In this document: positions 1 through 9,911 of the stretch, in pieces | Numbering within the stretch: position 1 is the stretch's first letter | Layout of the letters: every line of letters begins with the position of its first letter | Assembly: GCF_006345805.1 (NCBI RefSeq) | Contig: NW_021825700.1 | Coordinates: forward strand, 1-14,767 | Direction of reading: 5' to 3' | DNA: 14,767 bases | From: Octopus sinensis | Lineage: Eukaryota | Position numbers and translations under genes: made by a program | The notes under the pieces: model-generated | Seen by the model: the letters and a program-made list of their open reading frames with translations, nothing else | Database searches by the model: none | What the model was told of the DNA's origin: nothing

Positions 1-2363
1 GCAGCCAAATCTCTCCTCAATCACCCCCTACTCTCTTATCTATGTATATATGTATGTATGAGCCAATGAGGGAACTCTACATGGTAGCTAGACCTGGTAA
101 AAATAGCAGCCAAATCTCCCTCAAATCACACCCTACTCTCTTATCTATGTAATATGTATGTATGAGCCAATGAGGGAGACCTCTACATGGTAGCTAGACC
201 TGGTACAAATAGCAGCCAAATCTCCCTCAAATCACGTCCTACTCTCTTATCTATGTATATATGTATGTATGAGCCAATGAGGGAGACCTCTACATGGTAG
301 CTAGACCTGGTAGAAATAGCAGCCAAATCTCCCTCAAATCACACCCTACTCTCTTATCTATGTATATATGTATGTATGAGCCAATGAGGGAGACCTCTAC
401 ATGGTAGCTAGACCTGGTAGGAATAGCAGCCAAATCTACCTCAAATCACACCCTACTCTCTTATCTATGTATATATGTATGTATGAGCCAATGAGGGAGA
501 CCTCTACATGGTAGCTAGACCTGGTAGAAATAGCAGCCAAATCTCCCTCAAATCCCCCCCTACTCTCTTATCTATGTATATATGTATGTATGAGCCAATG
601 AGGGAGACCTCTACATGGTAGCTAGACCTGGTAGGAATAGCAGCCAAATCTACCTCAAATCACACCCTACTCTCTTATCTATGTATAATGTATGTATGAG
701 CCAATGAGGGAGACCTCTACATGGTAGCTAGAACTGGTAAAATAGCAGCCAAATCTCCCTCAAATCACACACCCTACTCTCTTATCTATGTATATATGTA
801 TGTATGAGCCAATGAGGGAGACCTCTATATGGTAGCTAGACCTGGTAGAAATAGCAGTCAAATTCCCTCAAATCGCACCCTACCTCTTATCTATGTATAT
901 ATGTATGTATGAGCCAATGAGGGAGACCTCTACATGGTAGCTAGACCTGGTACAAATAGCAGCCAAATCTACCTCAAATCACGTCCTACTCTCTTATCTA
1001 TTTATTATGTATGTATGAGCCAATAAGGGACCTCTACATGGTAGCTAGACCTGTTAGAAATAGCAGCCAATTTCCCTCAATCACGTCCTACTCTCTTATC
1101 TATTATATATGTATGTACGAGCCAATGAGGGAAACCTTTACATGGTAGCTAGACCCGGTAGAAATAGCAGCCAAATCTCCCTCAAATCACACCCTACTCT
1201 CTTATCTATGTATATATGTATGTATGAGCCAATGAGGGAGACCTCTACATGGTAGCTAGAACTGGTAGAAATAGCAGCCAAATCTCCCTCAAATCACACC
1301 CTACTCTCTTATCTATGTATATATGTATGTATGAGCCAATGAGGGAGACCTCTACATGGTAGCAGACCTGGTAGAAATAGCAGCCAAATCTCCCTCAAAT
1401 CACACCTCACACCCTATCTTATCTATGTATATATGTATGTATGAGCCAATGAGGGAGACCTCTACATGGTAGCTAGACCTGGTAGAAATAGCAGCACAAA
1501 TTTCCCTCAAATCGCACCTACTCTCTTATCTATGTATATATGTATGATGACACCAATGAGGGGACCTCTACATGGTAGCTAGACCTGTACAAATAGCAGC
1601 CAGATCTACCCCATCACCTCAAATCACGTCCTCTCTCTTATCTATTATATATGTATGTATGAGCCAATAAGGGAGACCTCTACATGGTAGCTAGACCTGG
1701 TAGAAATAGCAGCCAAATTTCCCTCAAATCACGTCCTACTCTCTATCTATTTATATATGTATGTATGAGCCAATAAGGGAGACCTCAACATGGTAGCTAG
1801 ACCTGTAGAAATAGCAGCCAAATCTCCCTCAAATCACGTCCTACTCTCTTATCTATGTATATATGTATGTATGAGCCAATGAGGGAGACCTCTACATGGT
1901 AGCTAGACCTGGTAGAAATAGCAGCCAAATCTCCCTCAAATCACGTCCTACTCTCTTATCTATGTATATATGTATGTATGAGCCAATAAGGGAGACCTCT
2001 ACATGGTAGCTAGACCTGGTAGAAATAGCAGCCAAATCTCCCTCAAATCACGTCCTACTCTCTTATCTATGTATATATGTATGTATGAGCCAATAAGGGA
2101 GACCTCTACATGGTAGCTAGACCTGGTAGAAATAGCAGCCAAATCTCCCTCAAATCACGTCCTACTCTCTTATCTATGTATATATGTATGTATGAGCCAA
2201 TGAGGGAAACCTCTACATGGTAGCTAGACCTGGTAGAAATAACAGCCAAATCTCCCTCAAATCACACCCTACTCTCTTATCTATGTATATATGTATGTAT
2301 GAGCCAATGGGGGAGACCTCTACATTGTAGCTAGACCTGGTAGAAATAGCAGCCAAATACCTC
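1..2363 (+). repeat. Tandem satellite, 107-bp monomer, about 22 copies, forward block (runs off the window start)
   Basis: Consensus GCAGCCAAATCTCCCTCAAATCACACCCTACTCTCTTATCTATGTATATATGTATGTATGAGCCAATGAGGGAGACCTCTACATGGTAGCTAGACCTGGTAGAAATA. Period checked from GCAGCC at 1167 and 1274 (107 nt). The last partial monomer starts at 2349. Confidence 0.98.
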
Positions 2364-3720
2364 AGCTACCATGTAGAGGTCTGCCTTATTGGCTCATACA
2401 TACATATATACTTAGATAAGAGAGTAGGGTATTATTTGAGGGAGATTTGGCTGCTATTTCTACCAGGTCTAGCTACCATGTAGAGGTCTCACTCATTGAC
2501 TCATACATATATACATAGATAAGAGAGTAGGGTGTGATTTGAGGGAGATTTGGCTGCTATTTCTACCATCTCTAGCTACCATGTAAAGGTTTCCCTCATT
2601 GGCTCGTACATACATATATACATAGATAAGAGAGTAGGGTGTGATTTGAGGGAAATTTGGCTGCTATTTCTACCAGGTCTAGCTACCATGTAGAGGTCTC
2701 CCTCATTGGCTCATACATACATATATACATAGATAAGAGAGTAGGGTGCGATTTGAGGGAAATTTGACTGCTATTTCTACCAGGTCTAGCTACCATGTAG
2801 AGGTCTCCCTCATTGGCTCATACATACATATATACATAGATAAGAGAGTAGAGTGTGATTTGAGGGAGATTTGGCTGCTATTTCTACCAGATCTAGCTAC
2901 CATGTAGACGTCTCCCTTATTGGCTCATACATACATATATACATAGATAAGAGAGTAGGGTGTGATTTGGGGGAGATTTGGCTGCTATTTCTACCAGGTC
3001 TAGCTACCATGTAGAGGTCTCCCTCATTGGCTCATACATACATATATACATAGATAAGAGAGTAGGGTGCGATTTGAGGGAAATTTGACTGCTATTTAAC
3101 CGGGTCTAGCTACCATGTAGAGGTCTCCCTCATTGGCTCATACATACATATATACATAGATAAGAGAGTAGGGTGCGATTTGAGGGAGATTTGACTGCTA
3201 TTTCTACCGGGTCTAGCTACCATGTAGAGGTCTCCCCCATTGGCCCATACATACATATATACATATACAAGGGTGTAGGGTGTGATTTGAGAGAGATTTG
3301 GCTGCTATTTCTACCAGGTCTAGCTACCATGTAGAGGTCTCCCTCATTGGCTCATACATACATATATACATATACAAGGGTGTAGGGTGTGATTTGAGAG
3401 AGATTTGGCTGCTATTTCTACCAGGTCTAGCTACAATGTAGAGGTCTCCCTCATTGGCTCATATATACATATATACCTAGATAAGAGTGTAGGGTGTGAT
3501 TTGAGGGAGATTTGACTGCTATTTCTACCGGGTCTAGCTACCATGTAGAGGTCTCCCTCATTGGCTCATACATACATATATACCTAGATAAGAGTGTAGG
3601 GTGTGATTTGAGGGAGATTTGACTGCTATTTCTACCGGGTCTAGCTACCATGTAGAGGTCTCCCTCATTGGCTCATACATACATATATACCTAGATAAGA
3701 GGGTAGGGTGTGATTTGAGG
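2364..3720 (-). repeat. Same 107-bp satellite in inverted orientation, about 12.7 copies
   Basis: From 2364 (AGCTACCATGTAGAGGTC...) the sequence is the reverse complement of the monomer. It ends abruptly at ...GTGTGATTTGAGG (3720) and passes into unique sequence. Confidence 0.98.
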
Positions 3721-4126
3721 TTCTCCAAAAACTGGGTCACGGGTCACTAACGGAATATTAACAGGGGACAGGAGTTGAAGTTAAGGAAATCGGCGTCAAG
3801 GGGTGAGAATAGAGGCCGGTGAAAGGAGAGTTCAAGCGGTGTACGATGCCTGCTGTGTATGGGGGCTGGTCAGTCGGCGATGGGAGTTCAAATTACATCA
3901 AATACACTTGTCGTTCCTCGTACATGGAATGTACCTATACATTATGTATCAAATAACCCATATATACACGCTAAATTACCTTGCATGCATCTCATGTATA
4001 TACACACACGCACACACATATTTATATACTCGCATTGAAAGGGTGTTTATAAGGTTATATACACGCTGTGTTTGTTTATTTACGATTTCATCCGAGACGA
4101 TACTTTTGATGTGATTTTAATCCCAT

Positions 4127-4246
4127 CTCTCTCTCTCTCTTTCTCTCACACACACACACATACACACACATACACACGCATATACACACGCATATACACA
4201 CACATGCACGTAGTCGAGCACGCACTCATGTTTGTGTATATGCGTT

Positions 4247-4332
<86 letters not shown>

Positions 4333-4656
4333 TAGATAGATATAGATAGAGAGATAGATACATAGATAGACAGATAGATAGATAGAACACGCATATACAC
4401 AAACATATATAGATATATATATATATATATATATATATATCTACCTATCTATCTATCTATCTGTCTGTCTGTCTGTCTATATATCTATCTGTCTGTCTGT
4501 ATCTATCTGTCTCACCCCATCCATCTATCCATCCATCCATCCATCCATCTATCCATCCATCTATCTGTCTATCTATCTATATACCTATCTATCTGTCTAT
4601 CTATATATCTATCTGTCTATCTATCTATCTGTATCTATCTATCTATCTATCTATCT
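4127..4656. repeat. Compound microsatellite block: (TC)n, (CA)n, (TATC)n, (TA)n, (GATA)n, (TA)n, then (TATC/TCTG/CCAT)n
   Basis: Read directly from the sequence. The terminal (TATC)n abuts the 5' junction of the retrotransposon. Confidence 0.95.
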
Positions 4657-7412
4657 ATATGTACGCTAGACTTAGGTAAGACACTTAGGAAGGGTCCCGG
4701 ATACTGGAAACTAAACGCGTCTTTCCCATCGAGACAAGTTTTCAGAGACCGGATTAGCACACTAGTAAAGAGGGCTTTGAAGGGAGCCATCATCAACAAC
4801 AAATGGTGGTTTGCCCTCAAGAGAGCAGTAAAAGCAGAAGCGATTAGGTACAGCAAAGCACTAGCCATAGATAGAAATAGAGTAGAGGGTGAGCTAGTTA
4901 AGAAGCTAGAAGAGGCAATTAGAAGCGGCATCGCATCCGACGTTTTGGCGGCGAGGTTGGCCCTCGACGACCAACACTTCAACGCCAAACACGAAGGATG
5001 TGCTGTCAGAGCTAGGATGCGTGCTCTAAGGAACGAAGGTGTTGGAGCCGCGAGAGAGGCCCGGGTGGCAGAGGCGCAACAGGGCAACAAAGCCACCATC
5101 GGTCACTGGTAGATGAACAGGGGCGCGAATTGCTCGAGCCAAGTAAAATGTGTGAGGCCTTTCAGCAGCATTTTGCCCGACTGTTCGGAACGAGTGGAGG
5201 GCAAGAACGTAGGGTGGACTTCAGTGCCTACCTACATAGCCTACCACGACTCTCGACAAGAAAGGCAGGGTGCTGCGAAGGTGCCATCACGGCGGCGGCG
5301 GAAGTGCGGGAAGCGATGGCAGAATGCTCGAGGGACAAATCACCGGGTTTGGATGGTCTACCCTACGAGCTTTACAATTGTATGCCAGACTTGTTTGGAG
5401 ATCTCTTGGCGGCGGTGTACTGCAACTGGCAGCAAAACGGGAGCATTCCTGGTTTTGTGAGCCGAGGAGCCGTAACACTGCTGAAGAAAGATCTAAACAA
5501 GGGAAATGTAATAGATAACTTTAGGCCCATCACTCTGCTTAATGCAGACTTGAAAATTTTGGCCAAGGTGCTAGCCAAGAGGTTGGCGCTTGTCATCGAG
5601 AAACTGGTCGACAAGGCGCAAACATGCGCCGTGCCAGGCCGGACCATCCTGACAACCTCCATCTGATGCGCTACATCATAGACAGGGTAGTTAACGAACC
5701 TGGCATGGGTGGGGCCCTGATCAACTTGGATCAATCGAAAGCCTTTGATAGGGTAGACCATCGATACTTGGAGGCAGTCCTGAGAGCGGCTGGTTTCGGT
5801 CCCGTCTTCCGCGGCTGGATAGCTGCCTTGTACAGAGGCATCCGTTCGGTAATTCGCGTAAATGGACATCTATCGAGACCTTTCGACATTGCACGTTCGG
5901 TCCGTCAGGGATGCCCCCCTCTCGGCGCTTCTATACGTATTGCTCTTGAGCCACTACTGCGGAAGCTGGCGACTCTAAGGGGCATCCCGCGAGAATTGGG
6001 ATGCGGGACGAGCGTGTCTGCATACGCGGACGACGTCACCGTCATAGTGTCTAGCCACGAGCACATCGAGCTGGTCGGCGGGACACTGAAAAACTACGAA
6101 GCGGTGACAGGAGCGAAAATCAACCGGGAAAAGTCAGTGGGCTTGCGACTAGGCACCTGGAGAAGCAAGCCCATGCCGTCCACCAGCGCCTCCGTCGTGG
6201 GACGCTGGACCGACGGCCCGGTTGAGTTGCTCGGGGTCTGGTTTGGTCCGGACCTCCAAGTGGAGAAGAACTGGAACGAGATAAGAGTAGGGTAGTCACT
6301 CTCGCCCGGCAATGGGCCGAGAGGAAACTGTCCCTAAAAGGTCGAGCGGAGGTGGCGAACACGTACATCGCGTCCGTCATCTACTACCGCTTGACCGTCG
6401 TACCTTGTCCCGACCCTACATCACACCAAACTACAACGCATCCTCTTTCGCTTCTTGTGGAAAGGATGCGTCCCGATGGTCAGGCGATCCATTTGCTGTC
6501 AACACCCCGTTAAAAGGAGGGCTGGGCATGCCGTGGTTGATGATGCGCAGACACGCGCTGAGACTGCGACATCTCTGGCTCTATGTAGACGACGGTGAAC
6601 AGGTGTGGTCGCCGTTTGTGAGGCACGCTTTCCCGCAGCTCGTCTCCATGACCGAACTGCAGTCGTGGATCAAAAAGAGGCCGAGGAAGGGCGAATGGCA
6701 CCGCGAGTGTCGCGTTGCTCTCAAACAACTCTGCCGTCCTGGGTCGCCCTTAAGTGACTTCAACACAACCAAAGCATTCTATAGGGGTTTAGTGGAGGGG
6801 AGGTACGACGACGAGCTCGGGGCGAACCTGGACGTCGACGAGGAGTACCTGACCCGCCTGTTCGGGACGACTTTCGGGCCAGGGCCCATGGACAACTTCC
6901 AGAGATCCCTGGCCTGGCAGTGCTACCGAGAAGCGCTACCCGTTCGGGATAAGCTCTACAGACACGGCTCGAGAAACACGGGGCCGACCTGCCCGAGATG
7001 CGGTCAGAGCGACGAAACCGTTCTGCACGCACTCGTTCAGTGTCCAACAATTTCCGACCTGTGGGCTTATGTCGAACAACTGCTGTCACGTGTGGGACGA
7101 GTCGGTTTATCAGCTGAGTCTATCGTCAATATTGTCACGCCTCCTCCTTCCTTCAAACGGGAAGGAAGAGCTATTTTCATCATCCTTGTGGCTATGGCGA
7201 AAGAATGTATCTGGTGGACGCGTCTGAAAGGATTGGAGACAAACACTTTCCTCTCTGGTCAATCTCTCATCAACTTCTTCAAGTACCACTTGAAAAGGAA
7301 AGTGAGAGTAGAGAGGCAGTTTTGTCTAGCGAATGTTTTAAAAAAAGATGGGGTGAATGTAGCAAAAATGGCACGTATGAATGACGAAGCCACCTTGAGC
7401 ATGATCCTATGA
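4657..7412 (+). pseudogene. ORF2-like reverse transcriptase / zf-RVT coding region, split by single-base frameshifts
   Basis: ORF-track pieces 4777-5112 (open from about 4657), 5130-5666, 5624-6295 and 6312-7412 join into one L1/Tx1 ORF2. Shifts fall at about 5101, 5650, 6285, 6420 and 6505, with compensating pairs at about 5915/5942 and 7318/7352. No ORF1 or endonuclease catalytic core is present. Confidence 0.9.
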
Positions 7413-7798
7413 ACCCAGAAATCGAAAACAGAGAGTTGCTTATTTGCAAAAAGAAAAAAAAAAAAAAAGAATATAAAATGTGACTTCATTGACCGAGGTT
7501 ACCGTGGTCTTTTCGTAGGCTTTTCTTTCCACGGGTAAACCTCACCTGTCCTCCCCGTTTACACTTCATATTGACATTTCTGTGATAACGACCCTATGAT
7601 CATTTTTTTTTTCCTCTCCCCCCTTTTTTTTTTTTTTTTAACACCTAACCCTTTTTTTTTGTCCTCTTTCTCTCCTTTCACGATCCCTTTTGATCGAACT
7701 CCCCCTTCCTTTTTTTTTTTTTTTTTAAACCTTCAAAAGAAAAGCTCTACCTTGTATTTGTTCTATCTGTGTGCAGCCCTGTGTGGCTATAAAGAAAC
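4657..7798 (+). mobile_element. Non-LTR retrotransposon of the L1 group, most likely Tx1 clade, copy 1. 5'-truncated at the end of the APE endonuclease domain, with an intact 3' UTR
   Basis: Post-endonuclease motif GPGYWKLNAS at about 4693-4722. RT motifs KSPGLDGLPYE, NFRPITLLNADLKILAKVLAKRL, LDQSKAFDRVDH, RQGCP and YADD (6023-6034). L1/Tx1-type thumb motifs LSLKGRAEVANTYIAS, FLWKG and GGLGMP. C-terminal CX2CX8HX4C zinc knuckle (CPRCGQSDETVLHALVQC, 6990-7043). Stop at 7410-7412, then a 3' UTR ending ATAAAGAAAC at 7798. Confidence 0.93.
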
Positions 7799-7848
7799 AT
7801 ATCTATCTATGTATCTATCTATCTATCTATCTATTTATCCATCTATCC

Positions 7849-7888
<40 letters not shown>

Positions 7889-7898
7889 GTCTGTCATA

Positions 7899-7941
<43 letters not shown>
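7799..7941 (+). repeat. (TATC)n tract between LINE copy 1 and copy 2
   Basis: Begins ATATCTATC directly after GAAAC (7798) and ends TATCT at the 5' junction of copy 2. Confidence 0.97.
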
Positions 7942-7943
<2 letters not shown>

Positions 7944-9009
7944 GAGACTGCGACATCTCTGGCTCTATGTAGACGACGGTGAACAGGTGTGGTCGCCGTT
8001 TTTGAGGCACGCTTTCCCGCAGCTCGTCTCCATGACCGAACTGCAGTCGTGGATCAAAAGAGCCGAGGAAGGCGAATGGCACCGCGAGTGGCCGTTGCTC
8101 TCAAGCAACTCTGCCGTCCTGGGTCGACCTTAAGTGACTTCAACACAACCAAAGCATTCTATAGGGGTTTAGGTTGAGGGGAAGGTACGACGACGAGCTC
8201 GGGGCGAACCTGGACGTCGACGAGGAGTACCTGACCCGCCTGTTCGGGACGACTTTCGGGCCAGGGCCCATGGACAACTTCCAGAGACCCTGGCCTGGCA
8301 GTGCTACCGAGAAGCGCTACCCGTTCGGGATAAGCTCTACAGACACGGCTCGAGAAACACGGGGCCGACCTGCCCGAGATGCGGTCAGAGCGACGAAACC
8401 GTTCTGCACGCACTCGTTCAGTGTCCAACAATTTCCGACCTGTGGGCTTATGTCGAACAACTGCTGTCACGTGTGGGACGAGTCGGTTTATTCAGCTGAG
8501 TCTATCGTCAATTGTCTACTATCTGGTCACGCCCCTTCTTCAAACGGGAAGGAAGAGCTATTTTTCATCATCCTTGTGGCTATGGCGAAAGAATGTATCT
8601 GTGGACGCGTCTGAAAGGATTGGAGACAAACACTTTCCTCTCTGGTCAATCTCTCATCAACTTCTTCAAGTACCACTTGAAAAGGAAAGTGAGAGTAGAG
8701 AGGCAAGTTTTGTGTAGCGAATGTTTTAAAAAAAGATGGGTGAATGTAGCAAGAATGGCACGTATGAATGACGAAGCCACCTTGAGCATAGTCCTATGAA
8801 CTCCAGAAATCGAAAACAGAGAGTTGCTTATTTGCAAAAAAAAAAAAAAAAAGAAATATAAAATGTGACTTCATTGACCGAGGTTACCGTGGTCTTTTCC
8901 CGTAGGCTTTCTTTCCACGGGTAAACCTCACCTGTCCTCCCCCTTACACTTCATATTGACATTTCTGTGATAACGATCCCTATTGATCATTTTTTTTTTT
9001 CGCTCCCCT

Positions 9010-9044
<35 letters not shown>

Positions 9045-9117
9045 CCCCCCCTTTTTTTGTCCTCTTTCTCTCCTTTTACGATCCCTTTTGATCGACACTC
9101 CCTTCAACCTCCCCTTT

Positions 9118-9153
<36 letters not shown>

Positions 9154-9225
9154 CTTCAAAAGAAAAGCTCTACCTTGTAATTTTTTCTAATCTGTGTGGC
9201 AGCCCTGTGTGGCTAATAAAGAAAC
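7942..9225 (+). mobile_element. Second, more heavily 5'-truncated copy of the same Tx1-like element (zf-RVT C-terminus plus 3' UTR)
   Basis: Starts CTGAGACTGCGACATC, matching copy 1 from 6558, and is collinear to its 3' end. Stop at 8797-8799, AATAAA at 9215-9220, end GAAAC at 9225. By eye it has few substitutions and mostly 1-nt indels relative to copy 1. Confidence 0.95.
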
Positions 9226-9246
9226 ATATCTATCAATCTATCTATC

Positions 9247-9304
<58 letters not shown>

Positions 9305-9348
9305 ATATTATCTATCTATCTATATATCTATCTATCTATCTATCTATA

Positions 9349-9390
<42 letters not shown>

Positions 9391-9395
9391 CCTAT
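9226..9395 (+). repeat. (TATC)n tract following LINE copy 2
   Basis: Begins ATATCTATC in the same phase as the tract after copy 1. Confidence 0.97.
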
Positions 9396-9733
9396 TCAAC
9401 AGGTTAGGCTTTCGGACTACAAACTTGATGGTGATAATGATGACGACGACAACAAACAAAATAAAACAAAAAAATCTAATATATTAAACGGCGAAATGTG
9501 ATATTGTTTGTAAACATTTGCTCAAAGAAAGAACAACACTGACTTCCGTAAACGTCGCGCCACCTTACGGACAGACATTGAACTAACAAGAACCCACTTC
9601 AGCCATGTTATTGTACACACTGCTCCTGGTTGAGTTGCGTTTTGTAGTTGTTGCCGAGGTTTATTTTTGTTGTCCTTGTTAGCTGAAGTGGTAGAAATAT
9701 ATATGTATGTATGTATGTATGTTGTATGTATTA

Positions 9734-9898
9734 CCGTATTTTAACGCGTATAAGGAACCATCGTGTATAAGGAATCCCCTAATGTCTTGGACAAAAGCTT
9801 TTGTAAGGAATTATAATCCCATCCATGTATAAGAAACTCCCATATTCTTTTAACCCAACTTTCAACAAAAAGGGTTCCTTATACAGGTTAAAATACGG
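9734..9898. mobile_element. 165-bp MITE with 26-bp TIRs and TA target duplication (Tc1/mariner-pogo type)
   Basis: Left TIR CCGTATTTTAACGCGTATAAGGAACC (9734-9759) matches the reverse complement of 9873-9898, CCGTATTTTAACCTGTATAAGGAACC, at 24/26. TA lies at 9732-9733 and 9899-9900. Internal GTATAAGGAA-like repeats occur at about 9748, 9765, 9802 and 9827. The superfamily call rests on the TA TSD and CCGTATTT end. Confidence 0.85.
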
Positions 9899-9911
9899 TA
9901 TAATACATACA

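Noticed and set aside
1-3720. CRISPR array, or a hammerhead-containing satellite like those of newts and schistosomes
   Set aside because: Monomers repeat in full with no unique spacers, and neither strand of the monomer contains CUGANGA plus a paired GAAA.
975-3720. Array inversion as a simple read fold-back chimera
   Set aside because: Diagnostic variants are not mirrored across the junction (the CACGTC run is absent from the inverted arm). A misjoin is still not excluded without reads.
3803-4335. ORFs 3803-4114 and 4072-4335 as genes
   Set aside because: No recognisable motif; they run into CA/TATC/TA tracts, giving HTHT, YLSI and YIYI runs.
4647-7489. Minus-strand and alternative-frame ORFs over the LINE (e.g. 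4647-5099, 5372-5869, 6760-7089)
   Set aside because: Antisense or off-frame shadows of the GC-richer RT coding sequence, with no independent protein motifs.
7580-7740. ENE-like triple-helix element in the U-rich LINE 3' UTR
   Set aside because: U tracts are present, but I could not find flanking stems that enclose them as an internal loop.
7596-9487. ORFs 7596-7982, 7771-8133, 8967-9407 and 9194-9487
   Set aside because: Open frames produced by poly(T) and (TATC)n tracts lacking stops.
9594-9691. 10-bp inverted repeat CCACTTCAGC / GCTGAAGTGG
   Set aside because: Short, no TSD and no further symmetry; compatible with chance.
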